Shown here one piece after another: positions 16,983 through 27,139 of a stretch of 64,000 nt of DNA; the first letter of the stretch is position 1; every line of letters begins with the position of its first letter. The position numbers were made by a program, and so were the translations under genes. Origin of the DNA: Candidatus Aenigmatarchaeota archaeon (lineage in GTDB: Archaea; Aenigmatarchaeota; Aenigmatarchaeia; QMZP01; QMZT01); assembly GCA_016932735.1 (NCBI GenBank), contig JAFGCI010000004.1, positions 124,711 to 188,710 of the forward strand, written 5' to 3'. The notes under the pieces were generated by a model. That model had not been told where the DNA came from and searched no databases. It saw only the letters and a program-made list of their open reading frames with translations.

Positions 16983-18647
16983 TTATTTTTTGAAAACAAA
17001 ATCCAAATCAATCTCGAATCCTATTACAGGATTCTCGATTCCCCAATTGTTCAGAACCTGAGGATTTATCTCTCCGAGAGTTCCGACAGATCTTCCATTG
17101 TTTATGATTTCAGCACAGCGTCCTTTTATGAATATCCCGTTTTCGGTTTTTTTGAACTTGTAACCGATTCCTGTCGTCCTCATGAACGCATCCAGAATTG
17201 ATGCAATTTCTTCGTAGGAAACCTCTCTTGCAGTTATTCCGCAGGCGAGACTGAGGTTGTCCCTGTATTTGGTTTCACTTCTTGAATCCGGAATTATGCA
17301 GTTTCCGATTTCGAATATTTTCTGTGGTATTTCATGATGTTTGTTGTTCGAAAAGAATTCTAAAATCCCCGGAAGAAGAGAGTCCCTGAATACTGACCAG
17401 GTCATGCTCACAGGGTTTTCCAGTTCACATATGGGAGAATCTTTTCTCTCCATTTTTTTAAGTAGATTCTCCTTGTTCGTGAGCGTATATGAAAGTATTT
17501 CCTGAAGGCCGAGTCCAACCATCACTTCTGCGACCTTGTTTGTTATACCCTGCGGTTTCAGAAGAGAGCCTTTCGTCTCCATTGAAACGGGAACCGGCTC
17601 TATTTCATTGTAGCCTTTTGAAATCAGAATGTCTTCAATAACATCCCTTTCATGCATTATGTCCTGGCGGTAGGCCGGATACTCGACTTTTACTTCATTT
17701 TTTGTAATTTCTGTAACGTCATATCTTGCCTGTTCAAGAAGATCTTTTATTTCCTTATCGGAAAGGTCAATGCCTGTTATACTCTTTATGTAATCCTTAT
17801 TGGCCGTTTTTGTCTTCGGTTTTAAGTCAGGAGTTTTGATGGTTTCATTTTTGTAAATCACATCAACCGTCTGTATCCTTCCTCCACGATCTGCAAGCGC
17901 GCAGACAAGAACATTGAGCGCGGGTTTCAGGGCATCGAGATTAAATCCACTGCATTCAATGAAGACATCAGTAGTGTTCTCTGTTACCTTTCCGGTGTAA
18001 TTCGAGTTTATCACGGGAGGCATTGAAAGGACGTTTCCTGCATCATCAATGAATATCGGATACTTCTCTTTTCCTTTCAGAAGATGAGCAAAATCCATCC
18101 CTTTAGGATGCTTTTCCAGAATCTCTGAAAGCGTCAATTCCTCATTAAATTCCAGAGGAATGAATTTCAGTTCGTTGGGTTTGTATGCTTTGTAATTGAC
18201 CTTTCCCTTGATTTTATTGTAATCATAAACACCGATTGCAACGTCCTGCCTGTTTCTTCCGTAAGTTCCGGCAACCTTTTCCTGAAGCTGGATTGTCTGG
18301 ATGAGGAGGTCTTCGGTAATGTTCAGATTTCTTACAACAGCGCAGACTGTGAAAGGCCTCACTTTGCTGACGCTTTCATCAACCTTGACGACAAGGCCGG
18401 ATGGTTCTGTCGTATATTTAGGCAGGCCCTTCTTTCCGTATCTTCCGGCAATCTCTCTCGCAATACCCTCCGTGCTCCAGAGGTCCGGACGATTGGTGTC
18501 CTTCTCATCGATTTTCATTTCATCTTCATTGATCTCATCGATTTCTCCCTTAGCGAACATGACTGCCTTGTTCCTCAGTTCTTCCCTGTCTATCCTTTTC
18601 CCTATGAGGTTGCAAAGGTCCCTGTATGAAACATCAAGTGTAGGCAT
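16983..18647 (-). CDS. pheT: Phenylalanine--tRNA ligase beta subunit (archaeal type)
   Basis: 554 aa. MPTLDVSYRDLCNLIGK... N-terminus typical of archaeal PheT, with B3/4 and B5 domains. Lies directly downstream of pheS in the same orientation. Confidence 0.85.
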   Translation of the reverse strand: MPTLDVSYRDLCNLIGKRIDREELRNKAVMFAKGEIDEINEDEMKIDEKDTNRPDLWSTEGIAREIAGRYGKKGLPKYTTEPSGLVVKVDESVSKVRPFTVCAVVRNLNITEDLLIQTIQLQEKVAGTYGRNRQDVAIGVYDYNKIKGKVNYKAYKPNELKFIPLEFNEELTLSEILEKHPKGMDFAHLLKGKEKYPIFIDDAGNVLSMPPVINSNYTGKVTENTTDVFIECSGFNLDALKPALNVLVCALADRGGRIQTVDVIYKNETIKTPDLKPKTKTANKDYIKSITGIDLSDKEIKDLLEQARYDVTEITKNEVKVEYPAYRQDIMHERDVIEDILISKGYNEIEPVPVSMETKGSLLKPQGITNKVAEVMVGLGLQEILSYTLTNKENLLKKMERKDSPICELENPVSMTWSVFRDSLLPGILEFFSNNKHHEIPQKIFEIGNCIIPDSRSETKYRDNLSLACGITAREVSYEEIASILDAFMRTTGIGYKFKKTENGIFIKGRCAEIINNGRSVGTLGEINPQVLNNWGIENPVIGFEIDLDFVFKK

Positions 18648-18648
18648 A

Positions 18649-19908
18649 TCACATCACCGTCTTCTCCCGGAGCCATTTTATATTGTCGCTGAAAAGATAA
18701 CGAATATCCTTTATTCCGAGCTTGTACATAGCAAGCCTGTCGATCCCGAAGCCCCACGCTATTACAGGCTGCTTCACGCCGAGAGGCTCAGTCAGCTCCG
18801 GGCGGAAGACACCCGCTCCTGCAAGCTCGACCCAGCCAAGCTCCGGATGCTTTGCTGATATCTGGACAGAAGGTTCCGTGAACGGATAATAGTCAGGATA
18901 GAACTTTACGTCTTCAGCTTCCGTCACGTCCATTACAAAGTCCTTTAGGACACCAAGAAGATTCCGGAAGGATAAATTCTCATCAATTATGAAGCCGCCG
19001 CACTGGTTGAACTCGACTCCATGAGTCGCATCAATAACATCAGGCCGATAACATCTGACAAGGCTGAAATACTTACCTGGGACTTTGACATTTCCGGAAT
19101 GGCCAGAAAGATATCTAGGGGATATTGCAGTATCGTGGGCTCTTGGCATTATTTTTGAAGCCTTCTTTTCATCCCATTTATAACCCCATCCGGTGGAGCC
19201 CGTATTTCCACCGTTCTCGTGGGCAGATCTAACATTTTTTATAATAGAATCTTTTGGAAGGGTTCCTTTGCCCTCGCCTTTGATGCTGTAAGTCTCGGTC
19301 CAGCTTCGCGAAGGATGGTTCTGGGCCTGGAACAAAGAATCAAAATTCCAGAATTCGAGTTCAATTGTCGGGCCTGTCATCTCAACAAAGCCGAGCTCAA
19401 GAAGCTTGTTCTTTATCTCGTTTATGAATGCTGCATAAGGCTGCCTTTTCCCCGGATATATAGTCTTTCCGGCAGCTTCGACGTTATAAGGCTTCATATT
19501 CACCTCTTTCCAGAGGCCTGTCTTTATCAGTTCAGGAGTCAAAGCAGTAATCGATTTGCCGATAAGTTCACGAGCAGCAGTCAAAGCAGTGGTTTTATCC
19601 TTTTTGATAATATTTCTGTCAAGCAACAATGAAGCTATTTTATCCGGGGGTGTTTTCCCCTCAGAAACGAGTTTTAGGCCTTTCTCTGCATCAGTATCAG
19701 AGACAACACCTTCCCGGACAATAATACCTTTTTCTATCTTCACCCAACCATTCTTCTTCGCCCACATGAGGCCTATGCTAAAATCATCTATCATTTTCTG
19801 GGCATCTTTTATGGGAATTGCATCCTTCACTAATTCGTAAAGCCTCCTTTCAGGAAGGCCTTTCTTGAGGTATTTTTTGCCCTCATCCGTCAGTTGGTAC
19901 ATAGACAA
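18649..19908 (-). CDS. pheS: Phenylalanine--tRNA ligase alpha subunit (archaeal type)
   Basis: 419 aa with class II aaRS motifs (FRPELTE..., GAGVFRPE, GFGIDRLAM). Separated from pheT by 1 nt. Confidence 0.85.
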   Translation of the reverse strand: MSMYQLTDEGKKYLKKGLPERRLYELVKDAIPIKDAQKMIDDFSIGLMWAKKNGWVKIEKGIIVREGVVSDTDAEKGLKLVSEGKTPPDKIASLLLDRNIIKKDKTTALTAARELIGKSITALTPELIKTGLWKEVNMKPYNVEAAGKTIYPGKRQPYAAFINEIKNKLLELGFVEMTGPTIELEFWNFDSLFQAQNHPSRSWTETYSIKGEGKGTLPKDSIIKNVRSAHENGGNTGSTGWGYKWDEKKASKIMPRAHDTAISPRYLSGHSGNVKVPGKYFSLVRCYRPDVIDATHGVEFNQCGGFIIDENLSFRNLLGVLKDFVMDVTEAEDVKFYPDYYPFTEPSVQISAKHPELGWVELAGAGVFRPELTEPLGVKQPVIAWGFGIDRLAMYKLGIKDIRYLFSDNIKWLREKTVM

Positions 19909-19945
19909 AAGTTATTGTTTTAAACTTAAATGTATTCGATTTCAA

Positions 19946-20656
19946 AGTGGATTTATGGAATTAAAAGGAAAAACAGCCCTTATTACGGGAGCTAGCAAAG
20001 GCCTTGGCAAAGAGATTGCATTAAGGTTTGCATCGGAAGGATGTAATCTCATCCTTAATTCCCGCGGTAAAGATTCACTTGAGAGGGTAGCGGAAGAATG
20101 TAAGAGGATGTGTATTTTTTGTGAAACCTTTGCGGGAGATATTACCGAAAACAGAACAATTGATAGTCTGTCTGAAATATCAAAAAGAAAGGGGCTGGAC
20201 ATACTCTTTAACAATGCCGGAATGATAATAATACAGCCTTCAGAAAAGAACACTGACAAAGAAATGAGGGATATCTTCGCCCTGAACGTTCTTGCTCACA
20301 TAAATCTGACACAAAAACTGATTCCGTTACTAAAGGAAAGAGGAGAAGCACAGATAGTGAACATAATTTCAAACTCCGGCCTTGAAGGAAGGCCTAACAT
20401 GTCTTTATACTGTTCAACCAAATTTGCTTTAAGAGGATACACAGATAGCCTGAGAAAAGAAGTCAACAAACACGGAATAAAAGTCTTGGGGGTCTATCCG
20501 GGAGGTATAAGAACCAATCTTTTCGATGAAATAAAGGATTATAATATGTCAGGATTCATGGACCCAAAAGAAGTTGCTCAGATAATCGTCGATGCATGCA
20601 AATTAAGCAAGGGAGCATCAGTAGATGACATAGTAGTTAATCGCACAAATAAGTGA
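19946..20656 (+). CDS. Short-chain dehydrogenase/reductase (SDR) family oxidoreductase
   Basis: GKTALITGASKGLGKEIA (TGxxxGxG) NAD(P)-binding motif, NNAG, catalytic YCSTKFA (YxxxK). The ORF-track start at 19865 overlaps pheS, so the Met at 19946 is preferred. Confidence 0.75.
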   Translation, partial: SGFMELKGKTALITGASKGLGKEIALRFASEGCNLILNSRGKDSLERVAEECKRMCIFCETFAGDITENRTIDSLSEISKRKGLDILFNNAGMIIIQPSEKNTDKEMRDIFALNVLAHINLTQKLIPLLKERGEAQIVNIISNSGLEGRPNMSLYCSTKFALRGYTDSLRKEVNKHGIKVLGVYPGGIRTNLFDEIKDYNMSGFMDPKEVAQIIVDACKLSKGASVDDIVVNRTNK

Positions 20657-20711
20657 ATTAGAAACTTCAGAAAGGGGTCCTTGGATAATTTGTGGGAACT
20701 AAGATTTTTAT

Positions 20712-22361
20712 ATGTTCCACCAATTATATGGCATGAGACAAATTTGCAAATACATCTTCGTTGTAGGGGGAGTAATGTCCTCTGTCGGCAAGGGCGTTGC
20801 CGCTGCTTCTATAGGAAAGATTCTGCAATCAAAAGGATATCGGGTCGCAAACATAAAGGCGGACATGTACGTGAATATTGATGCAGGAACAATAAGACCT
20901 GCGGAGCATGGTGAAGTCTTTGTCGGCGAAGACGGCATTGAAGCAGACCAGGATCTGGGAAATTATGAAAGGTTCACAGACCAGATATGCATTGCTGACA
21001 ATTACATAACTACGGGCCAGGTCTATCAGGAAATCATAAAAAGGGAGAGAAACCTTGAATTCGACGGCGAGGACGTTGAGGTCGTCCCAGACATCCCGAA
21101 GGAAATTATAAGGAGGATAAAATCATGCCAGAAGAAGAACAATTCAGAAATTACAATTATTGAATTCGGCGGCACTGTCGGCGAATACCAAGTCCTTTTG
21201 TTCCTTGAGGCTGCAAGGATGCTGAAGCTTCAGCAGCCGAACGACGTTTTCTTCATACTGGTCAGCTACCTTCCGACACCGAAGCTTCTTGGCGAGCAGA
21301 AATCGAAGCCGACGCAATATGCAATCAGGACTTTGAACTCTGCTGGGATAAATCCCGATTTCATCCTTTGCCGTGCAGACAAACCGGTGGCGGCCGATAT
21401 AAAAAGGACGATAAGCATAGTCTGCAGCCTGCCACAGGAAAGGATAATATCCGCTCCTGATGTGTATTCTATTTATGATATACCCGTGAATTTTGAGAAG
21501 GAGAATCTAGGGGAAATAATGCTGAAAGCCATGAACATGGAGCCGAGAACCAAAGATATGAAGGATTGGACAGCATTCTCGGAGAAAATCAAGAAACTTA
21601 AGAAGGAAGTGAGAATAGGCATAGTGGGCAAATATTTCAATTTCAAGTCTTGCAAGGACACATATATTTCCGTCATAGAATCAATAAACCACGCTTCATG
21701 GAATTTTGATGTGAGACCCAGCATATTGTGGCTTGATTCCGAGAAGTACGAGGAAGATAAGAACACTCTCAATGAACTTGACGGCGTTGACGGCATAATA
21801 ATCCCCGGAGGATTCGGAAGGCGTGGCACGGAAGGAATGATACTCGCGGCGGAATATGCAAGAAAAAATAAAATACCCTATCTGGGTCTATGCCTCGGGA
21901 TGCAGATTATGTCGATAGAATTTGCGAGAAATGCATGCGGTTTGAAAGGAGCCAATTCAGAAGAACTCGATCCTGAAACGCCATATCCGGTCATACACAT
22001 TATGGAAGAGCAAAGGAAGCACATGAAAGAATCCAATTATGGGGCGACGATGAGGCTCGGGGCATACGATTGCAATATAAAGGAAGGCACACAATCTTCA
22101 GCGGCCTATGGAAAAAACAAAATCTCCGAGAGGCACAGGCATAGATACGAATTCAATAACAAGTACAGGAAGGAGATGGAATCCAAAGGATTCGTGCTTG
22201 CGGGCATAAACCCCCAGAAGAATCTTGTTGAAATAGCGGAAATAAAAGACCATCCATTCATGATAGGGGTCCAGTTCCACCCTGAGTTCAAGTCGAGACC
22301 GCTCAAGCCCCATCCACTTTTCAGAGGATTTATTGAGGCGGCGGCGAAAAACAAACAGTAA
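20712..22361 (+). CDS. pyrG: CTP synthase
   Basis: 549 aa. N-terminal synthetase domain (KYIFVVGGVMSSVGKGVAAASIG) and C-terminal class I glutamine amidotransferase (GIIIPGGFGRRG, catalytic LGLCLGMQ, HRHRYE). The real start is probably the MRQ Met at about 20733. Confidence 0.9.
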   Translation: MFHQLYGMRQICKYIFVVGGVMSSVGKGVAAASIGKILQSKGYRVANIKADMYVNIDAGTIRPAEHGEVFVGEDGIEADQDLGNYERFTDQICIADNYITTGQVYQEIIKRERNLEFDGEDVEVVPDIPKEIIRRIKSCQKKNNSEITIIEFGGTVGEYQVLLFLEAARMLKLQQPNDVFFILVSYLPTPKLLGEQKSKPTQYAIRTLNSAGINPDFILCRADKPVAADIKRTISIVCSLPQERIISAPDVYSIYDIPVNFEKENLGEIMLKAMNMEPRTKDMKDWTAFSEKIKKLKKEVRIGIVGKYFNFKSCKDTYISVIESINHASWNFDVRPSILWLDSEKYEEDKNTLNELDGVDGIIIPGGFGRRGTEGMILAAEYARKNKIPYLGLCLGMQIMSIEFARNACGLKGANSEELDPETPYPVIHIMEEQRKHMKESNYGATMRLGAYDCNIKEGTQSSAAYGKNKISERHRHRYEFNNKYRKEMESKGFVLAGINPQKNLVEIAEIKDHPFMIGVQFHPEFKSRPLKPHPLFRGFIEAAAKNKQ

Positions 22362-22392
22362 AACCTTTTATTCCCAATTACAATTCTTCTTC

Positions 22393-22920
22393 ATGGCAGA
22401 TAATATTGTCCTTATAATGGGGGGTTTAATAGCCATTCTCGTTATTTTCGTTATTATTTCAAATTTAATTGAAGGCGTTTCCGGGAACACGATGGTGGAA
22501 ATCAAAACACTGGAATATATGAAGACCTTAGACCCTATTCTGTGGGCCTCCGAGGAAGAGTGGGAAATATTTTATTGCAATCTGTGCGAATACGGGAAAG
22601 CGGGCAACATTAACGTGGGAAACGTAACCTGTCCCGATTATCCTAACAGTAAATGCGGATGTGAAATAAGCATGAAACTGAAATTCGAAGCCGTTATAAA
22701 AAACATGCCTCAAAATGCCAACTGCAGCGTTAAAGTCAACGGCATTGATGTGCAGACAATAAGCGGTATCAATGAAGGAAAAAACGAATTCGACATCCTT
22801 CTGGGGCTTTCCAGCGGAGCCCGGATAGACGCTGTAAATGAAATAGAGGTCTGCTGCAACTCCGTCTGTGCTTCTAAAACTCTTGGGATGATATGCAATT
22901 TCAATAATAATCTATATTGA
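22393..22920 (+). CDS. Hypothetical Cys-rich protein with an N-terminal transmembrane anchor
   Basis: MADNIVLIMGGLIAILVIFVIISNLIEG hydrophobic N-terminus, then a domain with at least 10 Cys residues (CNLCEYGK...CPDYPNSKCGCE...CCNSVCASK). The 3' end overlaps the XPF 3' end by ~20 nt (convergent). Confidence 0.35.
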   Translation: MADNIVLIMGGLIAILVIFVIISNLIEGVSGNTMVEIKTLEYMKTLDPILWASEEEWEIFYCNLCEYGKAGNINVGNVTCPDYPNSKCGCEISMKLKFEAVIKNMPQNANCSVKVNGIDVQTISGINEGKNEFDILLGLSSGARIDAVNEIEVCCNSVCASKTLGMICNFNNNLY

Positions 22921-23590
22921 GGACTTCGTAAATCTTTTTGGCCCTTTCCTTGCCGATGCCTTCAACCTTCATGATTTCCGAAAGGTCCGCATTGAGAAGC
23001 TTTAGCGGAGAGCCGAATTTTTCCAGCAGATTCCTGCTCAGGACCGAATTGATGTCAGGGAGACCGGAAACGAAATATTCCTGCAATTCTTTTGTTGAAC
23101 GGACCTTTTTTGATATTCTTATCGAAGGGGTTCTGTTTTCCTGAATCTGTTCCCGCTTTGCGATTGAAAACAGCTGGGCAGCCGTTTCCTCCAGACCATG
23201 CGTCCAAAGTATGGGTATTTTATAATCAATTATAACTGAAGAAAGGGCACCTCTTACAGCATTTGGATGGACATTTCTCTCTGAAAACAAGCATTCGGGA
23301 TTTCCTTCAATAAGCAATACAGGCATTTCAAAAGAATCTTTGAGCCTTTTGAGCTGTTCGAAAAGGCGGCCGTCCGTTATAGATGAAAGAAAATCCACAA
23401 CGGTCTTTCTTTCAGCGCATACACGGTCCGAACATATATAATCGCCGGAATCGAGTTGCTTAAATTCTGTTTCCACACCCAGCGATTTGAGAACTGACAG
23501 GATGCCCGAAGGCATTTCCCTGTTATCTGCTATTATTCTCACTTTTTGTTCCTGCATATCTATTAATTTCATTTTTGCTTTAATAGTCAT
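22901..23590 (-). CDS. XPF/ERCC4-family structure-specific endonuclease (short archaeal form: nuclease domain plus tandem HhH)
   Basis: ERCC4 nuclease motif (LDSGDYICSDRVCAERKTVVDF...LIEG) and C-terminal HhH2 (LPDINSVLSRNLLEKFGSPLKLLNADLSEIMKVEGIGKERAKKI). No helicase domain. Start assigned to MTIKAK; later Met codons are also possible. Confidence 0.75.
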   Translation of the reverse strand: MTIKAKMKLIDMQEQKVRIIADNREMPSGILSVLKSLGVETEFKQLDSGDYICSDRVCAERKTVVDFLSSITDGRLFEQLKRLKDSFEMPVLLIEGNPECLFSERNVHPNAVRGALSSVIIDYKIPILWTHGLEETAAQLFSIAKREQIQENRTPSIRISKKVRSTKELQEYFVSGLPDINSVLSRNLLEKFGSPLKLLNADLSEIMKVEGIGKERAKKIYEVLNIDYY

Positions 23591-24160
23591 ATGGATATAT
23601 CTTGGCAGGAGCTTGAAAGAGAAATGAGAAGATGCAGGAAATGTGATTTGCGGAAAAGCAGGACAAATTATGTTATCGGCGACGGTGACACTCACGCTAA
23701 AATATTGTTTGTCGGAGAAGCCCCCGGAAAAAACGAGGATATACAGGGTAAGCCTTTTGTGGGAAGAAGCGGAAAGTTCCTTGACGAGCTTCTGCTATCG
23801 GTAGGGCTGTCAAGAAAAGATGTATACATAACAAACATTATTAAATGTCGTCCTCCGAGTAACAGGGACCCGAAACCCGAAGAAAAGCAGAAATGCTCTG
23901 CTTTTCTTCTGAAACAGCTGGAAATCATAAAACCGAAGCTAATAGTTTCTCTGGGAAGGCATTCAATGGAATATTTTTTCGGACTTTTTGGCATGAGAAG
24001 CCAAAAGATAGGCGATTGCCACGGTAAAATATTTAAAATAGATTGTCCCGTATTCACAGGAAATTTCATGGTGCTCTATCATCCAGCCGTCGCTATTTAT
24101 AACAGTAACAGGAAGGCAGAGCTCCTGAAGGATTTTTCCAGGCTGAAAGAGTTCAAATAG
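23591..24160 (+). CDS. Uracil-DNA glycosylase, family 4 (4Fe-4S type)
   Basis: CRKCDL...GEAPGKNEDIQGKPFVGRSGKFLDELL...ITNIIKCRPP...HPAV, matching the family-4 UDG signature with Cys ligands. Confidence 0.75.
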   Translation: MDISWQELEREMRRCRKCDLRKSRTNYVIGDGDTHAKILFVGEAPGKNEDIQGKPFVGRSGKFLDELLLSVGLSRKDVYITNIIKCRPPSNRDPKPEEKQKCSAFLLKQLEIIKPKLIVSLGRHSMEYFFGLFGMRSQKIGDCHGKIFKIDCPVFTGNFMVLYHPAVAIYNSNRKAELLKDFSRLKEFK

Positions 24161-24181
24161 TTGAAAATATAATTTATTATA

Positions 24182-24433
24182 ATGTTCGATGTTTTTTGGT
24201 TTGCGGGAATAATAGGCCTTGTTCTGATAATATCAGGCCTTTTTGCAAAAACAAGGAAGCAGCAGTCCTTAATTTATGTTTTCGGGGGAATTTTTCTGGA
24301 AATATACAGCATTTATATAGGAGACTCGATATTCATAGCGCTTCAGGGAGTATTTACTATAGTAGCCTTATATGAATTCTACCAATATTCCAGAAAGAAG
24401 GAAAGCTGGTTTAGGAAATTTCATCTCAGTTGA
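24182..24433 (+). CDS. Small hypothetical membrane protein (2-3 TM)
   Basis: 83 aa, hydrophobic. Precedes the pilin-like operon. Weak call. Confidence 0.3.
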   Translation: MFDVFWFAGIIGLVLIISGLFAKTRKQQSLIYVFGGIFLEIYSIYIGDSIFIALQGVFTIVALYEFYQYSRKKESWFRKFHLS

Positions 24434-24470
24434 TATCAGATTTTTATACTGAACCGGATAATTATATACT

Positions 24471-25070
24471 ATGAAAAGAAAAGACAGGAAGGGAGCTTTC
24501 CAGTTAAGTCTTGGTTTTATAATCGGGCTGATTTTTGCGGTGATACTGCTTACCTTGTCAATATCATGGATACAAGGCACATTTGTCAGTATGGAAGGGC
24601 TTACAACAGATCTGACGGGAAACGCGAAGGATACTCTTTCAAAGACTTTTGAACAGACGAAAACCAATTTTGACGTGTCCCCAAGCTATTTTGAACTTGC
24701 TCCAGGAGACGGTCTTAAATTCTCTGCAGGAGTAAAAAACGATCATAAAGACGGCAACACACATACCTTTGTCATAAGAGCCTTCCCCGGAACTGCCGAA
24801 TCGATAATAGTTGATGGGTGGAGCTGTGATGACTTTGAAACATGCACAGACCTTCAGGAAGAGATGGCATCATGGATTACATACATAAAAGCAGCTGATA
24901 ATGTCCCCGGCAACGAGAAAATGATGAGGGATATCACAATAAAATTCCCAAACAACGTCAGGAAAGGCGATTACATGTTCAGGGTAATAGCATGCATTGA
25001 CAAGTCGCATACTGAATGTGAAGCCGGTAACTGGGGCTCGGCCAAGACAATAACATTAAGAGTTAAGTAA
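24471..25070 (+). CDS. Pilin-like protein with a class III (prepilin-type) signal peptide
   Basis: N-terminus MKRKDRKG-AFQLSLGFIIGLIFAVILL: a basic n-region ending in Gly, then a hydrophobic helix, as in FlaK/PibD substrates. Beta-rich C-terminal domain with 4 Cys. Confidence 0.5.
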   Translation: MKRKDRKGAFQLSLGFIIGLIFAVILLTLSISWIQGTFVSMEGLTTDLTGNAKDTLSKTFEQTKTNFDVSPSYFELAPGDGLKFSAGVKNDHKDGNTHTFVIRAFPGTAESIIVDGWSCDDFETCTDLQEEMASWITYIKAADNVPGNEKMMRDITIKFPNNVRKGDYMFRVIACIDKSHTECEAGNWGSAKTITLRVK

Positions 25071-25123
25071 CTCTTACTTTTTTTATTCTTTTTATTTGAC
25101 TGACCACCTAATTAATAATAGGT

Positions 25124-25591
25124 GTGATTATGAATGTAAATTTGATTTTCGCCATTATTTTCGCCATAATAGTGATGATTGTTGTAATCTTTTTCGCTGC
25201 CGGCCAATTCAGCGATTTGTTTGAAATCCAGAATCAGGCTACATTCTATAATCAGGTCACAGAATTCGACAAGACCGTTAACAGAGTAGCTGATATGTCT
25301 ATGGGAAGCACACAGCAATTTGAGTTCAATATGCCCTCTCAGATAAGTAAGGTGTGTTTTATTGACAGGAACAACCCGGAATCCAACCCGCCGGGGAACT
25401 GGGAAACCACTAATATAATAGAGGCGATGATAACAGATAACGATTATAACCTTTTCATCTATGATGAAAAGAAGGGTATACCTGAAGGAAAGAAAATAAA
25501 TTATCTTATACCAAGAGAGAATTTCTGCATAAGCAGTTCGAAGACCCTTTGGATTGAAAATAAAGGCAGGTATGTAACGATAACAGAATAG
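25124..25591 (+). CDS. Pilin-like / membrane-anchored hypothetical protein
   Basis: N-terminal single hydrophobic helix NLIFAIIFAIIVMIVVIFFAAGQF, then a soluble domain. Same orientation and tight spacing with neighbours. Confidence 0.4.
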   Translation: MIMNVNLIFAIIFAIIVMIVVIFFAAGQFSDLFEIQNQATFYNQVTEFDKTVNRVADMSMGSTQQFEFNMPSQISKVCFIDRNNPESNPPGNWETTNIIEAMITDNDYNLFIYDEKKGIPEGKKINYLIPRENFCISSSKTLWIENKGRYVTITE

Positions 25592-25604
25592 AAACGGTGT
25601 TAAT

Positions 25605-26657
25605 ATGGATGCCTTTGGAGTATTCAAAATCGTTCTAGGATTGGTAATTTCAGCTTTTATCCTTATAGCGGTCCTGAATTTTGCAGGGTCTTATATGGAT
25701 ATAAACGCCTCAAAAAAACAGGTTTCAGATTTAAAGGCTTTTGAAAGGAGCGTTGGAGATGCATATGTTAATGGCATTCCTTCAAACTACTCCTTCGACA
25801 ATGAAGCCTTTTCGGCCATGAAAATTTATAATCCCCCGCTTCTTGTAACAGAATTCACAAACATAGACTTTGGTTTTGTACCCTTTTTCTTCAAAAGCGG
25901 GAGGGCAGTTTCAATCAGCAGAATGACCGAAGACACCGGTTGGTGGAGATTCGATTATATAGTATCGTTGCCCAAAACCAGGATTGTCTTTATACCGGTC
26001 AAAGACTCCTCAGATGTAGAAGAGACAGTTAAATTGATCTCTTCAGCATTACCGGATACAGAGAACGTGGAACCTAACATACTGTTCGGTTTCGGATGTG
26101 AAGACGTTTCTTATTTTATTCTGGAAAAATGGACGAGGGACAAGTTCATCAAGGATATAATACCTTATATGAAGACAATGGTAGATTTTGAAGACAACTG
26201 TATAGGGAGCACGGGGGCAGATGAAACAATAATATACATTTCTGATGAAATGACAGAATTCGAAAAAGGAATTCTAGTAGTCACTTCAGGTCCTTATTGG
26301 GGCCATATATACACGAATACATCAGGAGTTCTCAGAAATTATACATACAAAGACGGGATGGATATAATGGCCTTTTCGCTGGGCGGACCGGATTTCTACA
26401 TTTATAAGAATGATATATACCTGAAACAGCTCAGGGCGGCGGCAAAACTCAAAATGGATGAAACCGGATTGCTGGGAGCCAGAGCAACAAAACACGATTG
26501 CACTGCTCTATATTCAGTATTTTCAGGAATTCTGCAGCAGATATACGATTCTTCAGGTTCCGAATATAACGATGATATTAACGCTATAATGCTGGCCGAA
26601 AATCTCAGGCGGTCTATAGATTTCTATAAGATTCTGGAGGAATCGGGATGCGCATAG
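25605..26657 (+). CDS. Pilin-like / membrane-anchored hypothetical protein (350 aa)
   Basis: N-terminus MDAFGVFKIVLGLVISAFILIAVLNFAGS (single TM), then a large extracytoplasmic domain. Stop overlaps the next gene's start. Confidence 0.4.
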   Translation: MDAFGVFKIVLGLVISAFILIAVLNFAGSYMDINASKKQVSDLKAFERSVGDAYVNGIPSNYSFDNEAFSAMKIYNPPLLVTEFTNIDFGFVPFFFKSGRAVSISRMTEDTGWWRFDYIVSLPKTRIVFIPVKDSSDVEETVKLISSALPDTENVEPNILFGFGCEDVSYFILEKWTRDKFIKDIIPYMKTMVDFEDNCIGSTGADETIIYISDEMTEFEKGILVVTSGPYWGHIYTNTSGVLRNYTYKDGMDIMAFSLGGPDFYIYKNDIYLKQLRAAAKLKMDETGLLGARATKHDCTALYSVFSGILQQIYDSSGSEYNDDINAIMLAENLRRSIDFYKILEESGCA

Positions 26658-27139
26658 GACAGGCCCATATGATGGAGTATATACTTCTGACCGTGTTCAT
26701 AATAATACTAATGGTAGCTTTCATGATAATGATGACGGTTTTTCAGATAGGAGGAGTCCGCTCAGAGGGAGCTGAACATGTATACAGGCAATCGATAACC
26801 ACAACGAGGTTCATTGTCAACAGCCCATATTTCAATAATCCGAGATTCTCCGACGGGTCGGTTTTTGACGATTCCAAACTATCGGTTGCTGATTGTGAAG
26901 AACTGAGAGAAGTGATAGGTGAAGGCTGGTTTGCTTTTGTCGTTATACCGGGAGCCCTTCAAGAGACACTCTGTGATGAATTCAATTACCCAGAGTGCAA
27001 CAAGTGGATAATATGCGATAAGGCAGATGTTAGGAAAGAAACATGCGTTCATGAAGTTCCTGTGAATATTTACAGGAAGATGGACGATACGATTGATATC
27101 GGAATATTAACGGTGGGTTTGTATGGCAAATGCACATAA
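26648..27139 (+). CDS. Pilin-like / membrane-anchored hypothetical protein
   Basis: N-terminus MRIGQAHMMEYILLTVFIIILMVAFMIMMTVFQ. A Gly-Gln-Ala cut site is possible. Cys-rich C-terminal part. Overlapping start and stop with both neighbours. Confidence 0.4.
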   Translation: MRIGQAHMMEYILLTVFIIILMVAFMIMMTVFQIGGVRSEGAEHVYRQSITTTRFIVNSPYFNNPRFSDGSVFDDSKLSVADCEELREVIGEGWFAFVVIPGALQETLCDEFNYPECNKWIICDKADVRKETCVHEVPVNIYRKMDDTIDIGILTVGLYGKCT

